Positions 14,596 through 28,764 of a DNA stretch of 64,000 nt are shown piece after piece. A program made the position numbers and the translations under genes. The notes under the pieces are model-generated. The model worked only from the letters and a program-made list of their open reading frames with translations. It had not been told where the DNA came from and did not search any database. The stretch covers positions 14,074,001-14,138,000 of the forward strand of contig OX597832.1 of NCBI GenBank assembly GCA_951406725.2, in the 5' to 3' direction. Every line of letters starts with the position of its first letter. Position 1 is the stretch's first letter. This DNA is from Octopus vulgaris. Lineage: Eukaryota.

Positions 14596-16837
14596 GTAAT
14601 GCAGAAAAATAAATGGAAATCATAGAGTTGGAATGTATGTGTGCAAATGAAGGTGAGATATAGTAAGGGAGAGTGATTGAGAGATTAAATAGAGAGAGAG
14701 AGAACGAGAAAGAGAAAGAGAGTGCGTGAAAGTGTGCTGTCTTCATGAGTGAGAAAGTGAGCGTTTGATGAGGCAGAGAATGTGAGAAGAAGGAAGATAG
14801 AAGGAAAAAGAGAAAGAGAGGTATAGGGGAAGTGAATAATGTTTGAAATTAAACTCTGCGCCTCGTCTTCTTGCTTACATTAGCGTAACACTTCATTGAC
14901 GTATCGCCCGTTATATGGGTGTAGATTGTTTAAGCCATAAATATATATTTCGTATATCCACAGACTATTAAGCAGTAATAATTGTACTCTGTGCTACCTT
15001 AACAGAGAGTGGACAATTTGATGTATTATTTAAAGCAAAATTATGAGGAATTAAGTCTATTACCGTGAATTTATTAATGCATTTTATATATATTCTGGTT
15101 GTCGTTTTCAATGCGATACAATAAATGATAAGTTGACGCAGGGTTTCAAGTCTATTTTCCGTTTTGATGTTGAAATAGCAACAATCATGCAGGGATTTAC
15201 GTCGTGCGGAAATTACTTTTGGGAAGAACTTAGCTAGACTTAATCTTGTACTGAAATTATATTGTCGCCTTTGACCACTTAGCTTATTAATTATACAACT
15301 CGAAAAGAACGTTCAATCGAAGAAGGCCCTATGTGGTCAGACATTCTTCTAGAAGTAGCAGCAAAACTTCCATGAAATGATATAAAATGTTATATCTTTT
15401 GATTTGTCATGTGAAAAAGTAAAGAGACGACAATTGATGATATAATTCAGAAAAAAAAAACTAAGGATTCGTGTTACTCATATTTATAAATGGACATCCT
15501 ATGGACATCGGTCTTATAAACCAGAGGTGAGTTATGTCAAATGATAACAGCATATTTGAAAAAATAAAAGGGAAATTAAGCGATTTTCGAATTTAAAATG
15601 CTTCGAATTGTACTTAATTTAAATCAATGACGATTTAGGCTAACAAAAACAATATGTAAACACCTGATATTGCAATAGTTGTAATTGATTTTTTTATACC
15701 ATAAAAGGGCAGACAGTTTATAAGAATTCCAGCAAACAACTGTATCGGGAATACGATTCTTTGGTTTTGTTGTAATGTTGCCAATATAGACGTTTAAGAT
15801 AATCTGATTTGAAATGTTAAGTTTGTATTTCTCCTTTAAAATCTATTTTATTTTACATAGTTAGTCTTGTTTATATTTTCGATACATATAAAGATTTCTA
15901 AATATTGTAGACGACATTGAGCAAATATGAGTACAGGGCATGGAAAAGAATACAGGCTATTACCTTTCGTTATCATGCAAACAGATAAAATTAATTGGAT
16001 TTTAAAATAGAGGAACGAACCGAAGATCCATTGTCCCTTATTTGTAATCACACACAATACATTTTATTCGTCAGTTTATCTCAACGAATAGAGAATGTTA
16101 CTTCGACATTACTCTATAATGCACTTACAAGCCAGGATTCTTACGGACTAATGGTTTACGTCTTGGCATTCTTAATTAGTTCTTCCTTTACTATTTCTAG
16201 CATTGTTTAGTAATACTGAATAGTCTTACACGTTTATATTCCGAAGTGCATCCCACTAATTTACGTATTATAGGTTTTCAAGATATTTCTGTTGAGATAA
16301 TTACTACATGATCCAAATCATTTAATAATTATTGCTAATTACGTTATAAGAGGAAGCGCAATAGTGAATTCAATTTATTATCCTAGTTGGGAGATAATAA
16401 GTTTAAAAGCTATGCTCTGTATATCTCTGCTGTGTATAGCATCGTCACATGTGTACTGCACTTATACCCGGTTTCATTTATGGTTTTAAATGGATCACAG
16501 CCAATAAATAGCTTCTTAGTATTCTAGACTGTCACAATTAGTCATATGCTCAATTAGTTCTATGAAGAGCATTGGTCCCTCGTTTACACGGTAGACTGCT
16601 TCGGCGAGATGCTGTGCAAATCAATATCGTGTAGAACGAGGGGATAATTTCAATTATATTATTAATAAAAAGGTAACCAGCTAAATTAAAACAATTATTT
16701 ACTGAAATGTGGATAATATAAATGATTACTGCCCCACCTCACGCACACACGACGCATGCGCTCATATCGCACATATACCGAAATATTGTATATTTAGTAT
16801 AAAAAGATTTTAATTTATATATGTATATATATATGTA

Positions 16838-16901
<64 letters not shown>

Positions 16902-16962
16902 GGAGTAAGAACATAAATGTGAAACAAGATGGAAAAAAGAGTAATACCAAATGTAGAGTAAT

Positions 16963-17072
16963 ATGCTTTATTTAAAAGCAGCAGAAATATAACAAATGCT
17001 GTTAGTCGGAGTTTCACGAACGTGAATGTGAAATAGCTTTTGTTATATTTCTGCTGCTTTTAAATAAAGTAT
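16963..17072. repeat. Fold-back inverted repeat, 41-bp arms
   Basis: ATGCTTTATTTAAAAGCAGCAGAAATATAACAAATGCTGTT (16963-17003) matches the reverse complement of 17032-17072 with 3 mismatches. Confidence 0.9.
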
Positions 17073-17152
<80 letters not shown>

Positions 17153-17155
<3 letters not shown>

Positions 17156-17679
17156 GGGCGACGGGCGAATTGTCGCCATGTTATAATTTGTGATTTCGCG
17201 CTTGCGTATTTTTTGTTTTTGATTTTGTAGACCACATAGTTTATTTATTACGGTCAGTTGGGCAACGTCAGTGAAAAGAACAGCACCATGACGCAAATGA
17301 CTCTCCCTGAAATTTGGAAACGACATGCGATCCTGTTTGGCATTCGCACCGGAATCTCCAGTACAAACATTTCAGAGTTCTTGGGTGTCAGTATGGGGAC
17401 AGTGCAACCTGAAAACATGTGTAGTGATTGATAAAAATCCAATATCCACTCAACATCATGCTGTTTGGAGCGATCACTAATGATGGCGGCGATATGCCTC
17501 CATTCATCTTCCCACACGGCCTCAGACGCAACACAGAGGACTATGTCGAATGCCTGCAGGAGATAGTGCTGCCTTTGGTCAAGACGGTGGCTGATAGAAA
17601 AACACTATATCTGGTAATAAAACTCAGGAACCTGACACACAAGCAGGAGAACGTAGTCATGGCTATTAGTAAAGACTTG
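17153..17679 (+). mobile_element. Tc1/mariner (maT-like) transposon relic, 5' end and partial transposase
   Basis: TA followed by a CAGGG terminus. ORF NIMLFGAITNDGGDMPPFIFPHGLRRNTEDYVECLQEIVLP. Homologous to 32170-33081 and 62480-63236. Confidence 0.75.
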
Positions 17680-18040
17680 TAGGCTCGTGGAATTTCGTTA
17701 CGTAATCATAATATATACTGAATGCTATTTTGTGTCAAAACCACATCCTACTGCATTAGCAGTGGTTTTTATATTATTTTCCTAAGGTTATTTCTACCGA
17801 AATTATAGCCGGTACTGATTATTTGCCACAACCTACCTTTCGTATCGAGATGTCAGATGTAAAGAAACAGTGAAATCGGAGGCAAAGAAAATGAGTGCTG
17901 GCTATAATTTCTGTACAAATACCTTCAAGAAATTCATGTAAATTGCACTACTAACGCAGTAGTACTTGGTGCCGGCTCATAAATACATTTCATATATATT
18001 TTAGTATATTACGATTGCGTAACAAAACTCCAGGTGCCTA
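17680..18040. mobile_element. MITE-like element with ~150-bp imperfect terminal inverted repeats
   Basis: TAGGCTCGTGGAATTTCGTTACG...CGTAACAAAACTCCAGGTGCCTA. Inner matches CTACTGCATTAGCAGTG/CACTACTAACGCAGTAG and GAAATTATAGCC/GGCTATAATTTC. Confidence 0.7.
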
Positions 18041-18481
18041 GGAATACGTTTTATATGCAAATTGGTATATCAAATAACTTTGCACAGTTGTAGGCAGTGG
18101 CTATATAAAAATTATGTTCGGAGATAAAAATTGGTTAAGTAGGAGCTGATGTAGGGGCCAAATTCCTCGAAATATGGCATGAATACTCCAATTTTTCTCT
18201 CCGATCTAATTGTTTGTTTACATTTGACGTCGCGATACGAAATGTAGCAAAATATTAGTACTGTATAAATGACCTTAACAAAACCAGTGTTGACTGACAA
18301 GTATTTTCGGCGACCACATCTACGATTTTATTGAATGGATATAGTGTTTAGTATTTCAAGATATGTATATGTAATCTTGGTAAAAATATCTGTTAAAGTG
18401 AGAGTAGTGTTATTTTCATTTTCACATAATTTAGAGGACATCTTGTTCACCGTAACCTGTAAATATATATATATATATACT

Positions 18482-18897
18482 CTTTTACACTTTTCCTCTT
18501 TTACTTGTTTCAGTCCTTTGATTGTGGCCATGCTGGAGCACCGCATTTAGTCGGGCATATTAACCACAGACCTTATTCTTTGTAAGCCTAGTACTTATTC
18601 TATCGGCCCCTTTTTACCGAACCGCTAAGTTACGGAGAGGTAAACACACCAGCATGGGTTATCAAGCGATGTTGTGGGGGACAAACACAGACACACAAAC
18701 AATACACACACATACATATATATATACATATATACGACGGGCTTCTTTCAGTTTCCGTCTAGCAAATCCACTCACAAGACTTTGGTCAGCCCGAGGCTAT
18801 AGCAGAAGACACATGCCCAAGGTGCTACGCATTGAGACTGAACCCAGAACCATGTGGCTGCTAAGCAAGCTATTTACCACACAGCCACTCCTACGCC

Positions 18898-18898
<1 letters not shown>
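18482..18898 (-). mobile_element. tRNA-type SINE family A, near full length
   Basis: Minus strand: A-box-like GTGGCTGTGTGG, B-box-like GGTTCAGTC, internal microsatellite, tail GGTGCTCCAGCATGGCCAC...GACTGAAACAAGTAAAAGA. Several copies in the window. Confidence 0.85.
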
Positions 18899-18989
<91 letters not shown>

Positions 18990-19228
18990 GTGTTGTGAAT
19001 TGATATAAAGAAATCCCATAAAATTCAAAAATTCGGTGAAAATGAAAAAGAGAATTTGTTGAAATATATAAGACGATTTTAATTCATGCAGTCGATCGTT
19101 TTATATCCATGTATGAAACGATTGTCTACATGAATTAAAATTCTCTTATATATTTTAACAACTTCCCTTCTCTGTATTTATCTAAATTGTTCACTTTTAT
19201 GAGATTCCTTTCCATAAATTCACAACAC
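18990..19228. repeat. Long fold-back inverted repeat (~115-bp imperfect arms) centred on hammerhead 3'-half motifs
   Basis: GTGTTGTGAAT...ATTCACAACAC termini; TTTTAATTCATGCAG/CTACATGAATTAAAA inner arms; centre contains GAAACGATTGTC. Confidence 0.8.
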
Positions 19229-19674
19229 TTAGTGTACAAATATTATTTTCATATTCGCAAATTCACGCCTGAAAATTACCAGCAAAATATGAAAAATCAA
19301 TATTAGAAATCTTTTTTCGGAAAACTCCAAATTAAAGGACGAATCTAAATATGTATGTATGTATATATATATATATATACATATGTGTGTGTGTGTGTGT
19401 GTGTATGTGTGTGTGTGAATATGTGTGTGTATGTGTATGTGTGTGTGTGTCAGTGCGTGTGTGTGCGTATGCGTGTGTGTAGGGAATTATAAGTATGAAT
19501 TATGTAGATAATTTATGAGTAATATAAAATTGAATTTTAGATAGCATTTGGGAAATAATTTGTCGCTTGAAATGCTGTCGACAGCAACAACGTTTACACA
19601 ATGAAATTACTCCTTTATAAACAATTTGCATCATTTTATTTTGGAAGATTCAAAAAAATATTTAATACCGTCTA

Positions 19675-19736
19675 ATTGAAGAAATTTTATAACGTATATA
19701 TATGTATATATATATACATTATAAAATTTCTTCAAT
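19675..19736. repeat. Near-perfect palindrome around a TA tract
   Basis: ATTGAAGAAATTTTATAACGTATATA...TATATACATTATAAAATTTCTTCAAT, one arm mismatch. Confidence 0.85.
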
Positions 19737-19940
19737 ATATATATATATATATTCCTTTATTAAAGGCTTTGTCTCCTATCCAAAATAAGACTTTATCAAT
19801 TATATTTATAAATGTTTCAAAGTTCGTTGAATGTATAACAATTCACGTGTATTTTAACGGATTGAAGATTCATCGATCATAGATGTGAAACATTTAATTT
19901 GTCCTAACACCGCTCTAATTTATAAAGATCTTTTTCGAGG

Positions 19941-20075
19941 GAGGTGATCTGGCAGGATCGTTTTTGTGTTGGACAAAAATATTTAGCGGTAGTTCTTCTT
20001 CTCTTTATATTCTGGGTCCAAATGCTACGAAAGTCCACTTTGTGTTTATCCTTTCGAATTGAATAAAATAAGTAA
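19941..20075 (+). mobile_element. Degenerate SINE family C copy
   Basis: Similar to the reverse complement of 53170-53345 (CTGGCAG..CGTT, TTCTGGGTCCAAAT, ACTTTG..TTTATCCTTTCG, AAAATAAGTA). Confidence 0.5.
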
Positions 20076-20269
20076 CAATTCAGTTCCCAAATTAAAATAC
20101 AAGATCTAGCTTTCCTATTAAGAAGGTGTAGTTAACACTTACATCCTTTATGTTTTACATGTTCCCTGAATACAATTCCTCTCATAATTCTGAATATGTT
20201 TTGATAGACGAAGGCTTTCATATTGCCCTAATATGTTTTCCGATACGGTGCTTGTAGTGTTTTCGTTGC

Positions 20270-20655
20270 ATACAAAAGATGTTTATTTATTGACTACCTT
20301 CAAAAAGACCACAGGACCACGCATTCAATGCAGCAGTTACGAAGAGCAATAAATAACCTATGGTCAGGAAAACTGATGAAAGGGGTATTGTTTCATCTGG
20401 ATAATGATCCAGCACAGAGATTGGTGTCAATGGCAGTTGTGCATGTCTGTGGATTTAAACTAGTTTACAACCCCATCCATTTCGTCTGATAACGGATGGA
20501 AAACTCTTGGCTGAGAGCCATTTTTGTTGTAATGATGGTATCATATTTACTGTAGATATTACTTTTATTTACATGAAAGCTTCTTACTAATGGAATCGAA
20601 ACACCATTGGAAGAAGTGAATGGAAAATAAGTGGACTATGTTGAAAAATAAAACA
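20270..20655 (+). pseudogene. Mariner transposase C-terminal relic
   Basis: LFHLDNDPAQ (HDNAPAH-like), VCGFKLVYNP, and a terminal WKK...DYVEK* end typical of mariner. Multiple indels. Confidence 0.6.
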
Positions 20656-20660
20656 CATTA

Positions 20661-20707
<47 letters not shown>

Positions 20708-21061
20708 TATAGGTAAGTTATATTTGTCTCCCTTTGTCTAAAGTCGTAAGACACCTGCTGTTATCATGTTATGAACCATTCTTGTTTTTATTTTTATTTT
20801 TGTTTTCGTTTTTTGTATTTATATTCGTCCCTGTTGCGTTTACATCCGTTCCTTTTTCCAAGAAATCTAATGCTCACAGCTTAGTTTTTCCTTGGGGCTG
20901 GCCGCGTTGGAGCAAATATCAGAATTAATCAGCCGAAATTTGCTACGATGATCCGGTTTCTGACTGAAGATTAAAGGCTTCGAATGACCCGTCTGTTTTC
21001 TGTGTTCGTCCCTTTGTGTATTTCACGTTCTTGTTTCTTTATATATAATTTTTATTCCTAT

Positions 21062-21092
<31 letters not shown>

Positions 21093-23181
21093 TATAGATA
21101 GATATATAGATAGATAGATAGAAAGATAGATAATAGGCACACCAACAGTCAAACATATATTATGCATTGTTCTCTAGGAAGCAACGTCTTAAAATACTAC
21201 TAACGCAAATATTATTGCCTGTATTGTCCTTAATATGTCATGGGACTATGGATAATTTCCTGACTCTTTCCAAAAAGAATATTGTAGTGATATTTAATTC
21301 CAATATTAATTTCATGCCATTTATATATATGAATGTTTTTATAAATTCCCTATTTATTTAGAAAGAGGAATCTTATTTTTAGTGGGCTGTGGCGGCAGAT
21401 GGACACGAGTTACAACTAAAAGTAGATAGTATCCACACGAACCGAACGAATACAAGTTTGTCGTGTTTATCAGTAAATATTTTGTATACAAATTATAACC
21501 AGCACTGATTTTGTTTCGACGCTTCGTATCCGAGACGCCAGATGGAAACAAAAATTGAGATCGTACATGAAAAAATGGGTAAATGGCGTATATGAAAAAG
21601 TTCAGGAATTTTAGTTCCTTTATCAGCTCCCATCCAATACATTAATCACTCACGAACTCATTGCTTAATAAGCAACTAATTATCACAGTGTAGCATTAGT
21701 GGATATGCAGTTGGCAGTATATCGCCGAGTCAATATAGACTTTAACTTCCTTTTCTTAATTGTTCACTGCCAGCTTCACGCGCAACTATTTCTTTGTTCC
21801 CAGGCTTTATGTACAAAGGAAACCGGATTGAATTTGACAAGAGAATATTATTACATCTACATATGTTTTTTATATAAATTATTATTTATTTTAAAACACA
21901 ACCCTTTCAATTTCAATGCAAAGTGCACCACTATTCAAAGGAGATTCGCGCAGCAGAATTTGAATTTCCAGGAAAATCCATGTCCTATCTCCTTCAGGAA
22001 GATAGCGAAATTACGTTTTACGTTTAGGGTTTACGTATACAATCTCTGTTTAGGGTTTACGTATAAAATCTCTGTTTATATTGCAAATATTGCCGCTCAC
22101 AATAAAAACCTCGAGACTACAGACATTTTTAGATGTCTGAAAATACCTGATATTCCAGCCCCTGTTTCAACAAAACGTTCAATATCTTCAAAATAATTAA
22201 AAACCTAATGTTGCCCACGCCTCAGATCTCACCTAGATTTCAGAAAGTACATTACTGCGCTACTCGATCTGGAGAGGCTAAAAGGGGATAAGGACTAGTA
22301 GACGGCTAGGACAATAAACTTGTACGTATCAAACGTTATGGTACAGATGATATCATGTTATTGTTGAACTACACAATTTATACTTCCATGCAAATGATGA
22401 GAAACATGTTTACATTCAAAAGATTATCACGAGGTACTGGCATTATTAAAGTTTGAGAATTTATCTAACATGTTCTAAGTGTATGTATATATATATATAT
22501 ATCGAAGGATGGATACCTTATATCTATGAATGAACGAAATGCGACCTCGGTAGACATACACTTGGAATTTTCCCCCAAAAAAGCAACACAATGTAGGAAT
22601 ATTTCCAGGGGTTTGCAGTACATTTCTCATGTTCTTTAAATCCGCAGACTGTCTAAAGTTGCCCTCAAGTGAGGCATCCACGCATTTCTGTTCCAGCTGT
22701 TACTTCCGTATGTTTGTGTATAAATTCCATTAATTTACTGCTGTACTTCTAAAGATCAGTAACAATGTAGTGACTTAGGAACACTAGTGGATATTGTTGT
22801 TGTTGTTGTTGTTAGTAATGGAAATGATTTGTTCTAGTTATCGAATACTTCTGCTGCATGTATTTTTTAAAATCTTTTGATGTAGTAGAAGACTTATTGT
22901 TTAAGGTTGCTTTGTTGTTTTTTTGCTGATGCAGCTGCTATATTGCTTCTCTCTGTTTCATGTGATCTTAATCGACGTTCTTGTTCATTAGTTATTTGAT
23001 TCATTCATTTTGCAATGCACTTTTGTTTTGCTTTTTGAGACTTCAGGATCAAACGACTTTATCAGATATCGCCAGCTTAACGCCTGCACAACGTGCTTGA
23101 TGTCTTTATTCGTCTGCGTACAAAATATATCACCTGACTCAGCAATGCCTCGAAGTAAAGAACCATATGTATAAAGCATAT

Positions 23182-23212
<31 letters not shown>

Positions 23213-23877
23213 CGCACATACACTCGCACAAACACACAAACACAAGCACACAGACACACATACTCACAAACACACACAGACACACACAATCACACACAAA
23301 TACATATAAATATATGTAAATTTAAAGAAAAATATGATATGGAAAAAATACTGGACAAGAAATGAAAGAGTAATAACTCATTAGTGCATTCCTACAGCTT
23401 AAGCGATTTTCTGGTCTGAGATTTATATAATAAATCATCTGAGAACATTATTAAGATGAAAATTATAATTGTTGATGATAAACTATAACGAGTATACTGG
23501 TATAATTTATGCTCTCAGTTATATACTAACACATATAGAAGTAACACACATTCATATATTTGTGTGTGTATAAATAAAATTCATACATATGGGCTTGCGT
23601 GTGTCTGTCTGTCTCTGTTTGTATATATGTGTATGTGTGTGTTAGACGAACTTGATTAGATGATCATGAATAAATCTTTATCACGTACGTTAGAGGCTTC
23701 CTATCTACTTCATCGTTCAATTTACAGACATAACGTTGTGGCTGTAATTAATTAACAGTCTATATCAATATACGATCATGTTGGGGAAATATCCGCCGCA
23801 CATACTAATTATAATATCAATCAGTGTGCATGTATATATGTGTATGTGTGCACCTCCCTGTCTCTGATTCCGTATAA

Positions 23878-23909
<32 letters not shown>

Positions 23910-24748
23910 ACTTAACGATCGTGTACCAGCATGGACGCATCACTTGAAATAAACCTTGCACAGTTTAATATATATAAATATATATATATATACTAATATA
24001 CTCTTATATACACTTTATATACATTCATACATGTGCCAATAATCTTTGGTACAAATCATTTACGATATAAAATGATATTTAGAAACATGGTTCTCGCTCT
24101 TTTGGGTTGTTTGTTTTAGGTTACTTTGGTAAAAAAAATAAATTAGAAATACCCTCTGGCATTCGTAATTCACAACTAACATTTTAGTATAAGTCACTAG
24201 GCTACTGGTGGTAAGGGCAGAGATTTATCGTTTTGATGAACAAGACTAAATGTTCAAGAATATCTTTTAATATTCATGGTGCATTTCTTAAGGACATGTT
24301 GTTTAGTGAAATTCTCGAAATTTAGATTATGTCCACGTCTGTAGTGGAGTCAAACATTATTTGCATACATGCCATATAAGTCATTCACTCGTTTTTCTCA
24401 TTAGATTGAGACTGTGCTTGCTGTTCCGAAGAAATTTGGTTGGTTGAATAAAGACCTCAGGACTTATTCTTTACTTATATCGGTCTGTTTCTCGCACCGA
24501 TGATCTACATTTATGTAAGTAAAATTAGGTAATATGTTAATAGTGAAACATGTATGCGAATAATCCATATTTTTATTGCTTTTTCTTTTATCTTGCTCGA
24601 TTACGCTTTGGTTGTTTCTTGAGAACATTTCCTAGCGGTAGACCATAGCGGATCTATTTCTAGCAGAAGGGTGTCCACTTACCCGTTTCGCTCTAATATG
24701 TATATAATACAATTTTACTGAACCTTCAATTACTGACTCTCATTTAAA

Positions 24749-24816
<68 letters not shown>

Positions 24817-24872
24817 TATCTACGTGCAAGCAGGCACACACACGAAGCAAACTCAATGCCACACTCACAGAA

Positions 24873-24912
<40 letters not shown>

Positions 24913-24944
24913 TATATATGTATACACACATATATCTATATCTA

Positions 24945-25059
<115 letters not shown>

Positions 25060-28000
25060 GTACCTCGACGGACTTGTTTCACTTTCCGTCCCCCGAAGGA
25101 GCCACTGATTATTTATTTAGCTTTATAGTTTATAATATACCGGATTATAAAATATGTGGAGAATCGAACGATAATTCTTATGTCAAATTTTACATTTTGG
25201 CACACGACTGCTCAAACAAGTTTTGAGAGAGAAAGCGATTTAGCCAATGCAGACAATCAAAGTCTTTTTAGAAGTCGACTTTGATCGTAAAATAAAATGT
25301 GTATGTGATTTGCGTAATCGTGTGTATGTTTTTATCTGCTTTGGAAAGCATGCATGTTCGTTTGTGTGTGTGTGTGCTCGCACGCGCGTTTTTTTCCCAG
25401 GTACGTGACACTCTCTGTGTGTATGTCTTAATGGATTTATTTATTTGAGAGTGTATGTGTACGTGTGAACGGGCGCGGCCATGCATCTGTGAGAAAATAT
25501 AGGTCAAGATATGTGTTTCAAAGAATAGATATCAGAAATAGCTATTTACAGGCAGATGATTCATAACAAAAATATACGATGTTCATACTTGAAGAATACA
25601 AGTTATATGGAAAATAGTTTGTTTTATTGCTTATTGCTATATGTGCTGCTAGAATTTATTTATATAATAAAATATTTATTTATCTATTTATTTCAAAATA
25701 GAATAATGGAAATATATATATATATATATATATGTGTATATATATATAAACAATTGCATACTTTAGCAAGCATAATGGTGATGCTTACAACGATGATATA
25801 GACAAAGACTAATTAATGATAATGGAAATTACAGATGCTGCTGAGGGTGACGAAAATGGTAATGATAATGATAAGCAGAAGGAGGGAAGGGAGCCGAAGA
25901 CAAAGAATCTGGTGTCGCTGACTTTTGCCAAATTAAAGGACCGTAAGTATGAACGTATTTCGTTTCGCTGAAATATAGCAGAACACCACCAGAACCAAAC
26001 TAGTTGTAAGTTATATTTCGTTGAGGAATCACAATTATTTCATGCAAAACATAAAACATTATCATCGTTCCTAACCGCCAAAGACTGTCGGCCGACACAC
26101 AGTGTTTGTGTTTTATTCAAAGTGGATAAACCCATCAATTTACAAGTAATCGGAAAATTTTGTATCAAATGTCTCCTTAAGATTGCCTGAAAATTATTGT
26201 AACAAACCGATGAATTTTGTTTTTATTTAATACTGAGTGCATAAGTGTCTTGACAATGTATAATACATGTAGACGAATAGAAAACGAAGAGGAAGATTGT
26301 GGTGGAAGTGAAGCAAAAAGTGGTAATGAAGGGGTAAGAAATGATGAAAATTAATGAAATCATTATGAGAATGTCGAACTAAACATTGAAATTGTCCAGA
26401 AAGAAATGTTACGAAATGCAGAGTGGAAAATAAAGTGGAGTCAAAAGCGATATTAATGGCATTTCAAGCCTGGTTGAAACAGCATCTCAGTGGACAATCC
26501 AGCTAACCATAGCCGCACTAATTTAAAATCTAACATTATAGCATATAAACGAAAGACGTTTGTATAACGTTAGTGGAATGTAAAGAAAAAAAGACTGCTG
26601 GAAGTGAATACGATCCAAATTGGAAAACGCATTTACCCCTACGCCTTCACTATAATAAAGGATTCTCAAAGAAAAGATAAAGATATATGTGTGTGTATAC
26701 ATATATATATATATATATATATATGCATTCTGTGTGTGTGTCATTGAATGCTTCCGTGTGTATATATATATATATAGTCATTTCAAACTCTCGATCTCGG
26801 GTCACGACTAACCTTATATTTTCTCGAAACTGAAAGTGTGAAATTGAAAATTGATTCCACTGAGATTTGAACCCCAGACGTAGGCAAGTAGAGCATTCAC
26901 CTCTTGAAATGTTTAGGCGTTCACACTATTTGCAAATCCATCACAAAATAACGCTTCCTCTAATAAGTATGCAAAATCATAGACTATTTGTCAGAGAAGC
27001 TAATTGATGAAATCGATCAATGTACTTTAGCTGTGATTGTATACATCGAACATGCAGGGATTAAATGCAAAGTTAACCTCGAAATTATTCGAACCTAGAT
27101 TGGGAAGACAGTATACAGGTAAAAGGAAAAGTGATTCTGAGCATGACATCTGTTCTTTGACATCGGTTTCGATATATGCCTTATGGTAACTTTAGCCTAG
27201 CGTACGATAGAAGATATAAAATGCTGACTTCGAAGAATTGAGGGCTAATTGGCTGATCTTATCAGCAGATCAAACAATAGCTGGAGTTACTTAACAGGTG
27301 TCATTATTAAAAGAGAAGTCGACTCGTGTCGTCATCCTCTCTTTATCTTGCCTAGTATTCAAATAAACTGGAATTTATGGACACTGGATATTCATTTCTG
27401 CATGGACAGTCTAAACTTATACGCTGCAGTTTAAAAAATGAACAATATAAACATTACAGAGGTGTTATACCTTTGTAGAAAAAATATGCGATAATCAACT
27501 TAGGATTATGCGCCAAGAAAACGGAAGTAACGCTCACTCATTAATGCTATATATCATTAATCACGATATAATGCATAAAGAAACAAATGTAGGTGGAAAA
27601 CCTAAATCAATGAAAAGTGTTTCTATTTCAACCACGAGAGGAATTGATATTTTATAATTATATATTTTATAATTACACGACCATAGTTAAACAAGACAAA
27701 ACAAATAAATCACAAGAAGCAATGTAGGGTACAGTGTTTCATGCATCACTTTATGAAAATATAAATATATAATATATATCATTATATATGGACCGTATTA
27801 AAAGTATAAACAATGACGTTATTTTCATTGCCTAGAATACCAAAAGACGTTACAGACGAAAATAGCATTTAAAAAATATTAGTATTCATTTAATCAACTC
27901 AATGTAAAATTAGTCATTGTTTCATTAATGAATTCTATTATAATTTTCTATATTTCTTTAATTCTGTATTCTTCATTCATATTTTTTTCATTTGAATTCA

Positions 28001-28616
28001 TAGCGGTTTCTTGGCGTCTTTCTGTATACCATACGGCATTCATTAGAGATACAATTTCCGATAGACAGACATATAAATGTAGTGAATATAAAATACATCA
28101 TGTTGGATAGTAAAACTGTGCACAAAAATAAGAAAACATACACACTTCGAAGCCTGTAAATCTGTGTTTGAATGTATATATGTGTGAGTACGTGTGTTTG
28201 TGTGTATAAATATAGAGATAGATACATAGACAGTTGCATACACAGACACACAGACATACAGCCATGTATACACGTATACATATATACAGAAATAAAGGAA
28301 CGAACACGAATAATAATTACGTGAATCATAATAGCAACAAAAGTAAAATATAAAATTAAAAGAACCTAAAATATTATCAAACAAGAGGGGACAAACAAAA
28401 TAATTATTAAAAAATATTCAATTAATCTAAAATAAAAATCAAACGAATAAATATTTGTTTTATCATAGTCGCAATTGCCAAGGAATCTTGTATAAAAATA
28501 TAATTAAAAGATAATTATTGATATATAATATATTAGCAAATCTCTTAAAAACACTGATATTACGAGTATTGCATAGTCATATTGTTCTTAGTAAAGATAC
28601 GATTACTATTACTCGT

Positions 28617-28703
<87 letters not shown>

Positions 28704-28764
28704 GGGATAATTACAAACACTATATTAATGTACGGCTCTGACACTCATCCCAATACTATTTCGC

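Noticed and set aside
20925-21005. GCC-GAAA ... CTGAAGA as a possible type II hammerhead
   Set aside because: The bases after CTGAAGA do not pair with those before GAAA in register, and stems I and III cannot be drawn convincingly.
22022-22078. TTTAGGG motifs suggesting telomeric repeat
   Set aside because: Only two occurrences, produced by a local ~26-bp tandem duplication (GTTTAGGGTTTACGTATA.AATCTCT).
21850-22700. Possible Tc1-like transposase remnants on the minus strand
   Set aside because: Only faint motif echoes (e.g. TLCCFFGGKFQVYVY); boundaries and identity are not supportable.
25060-25110. Minus-strand GAAAC-AA-GTC-CGTC hammerhead half
   Set aside because: No CUGANGA core upstream.
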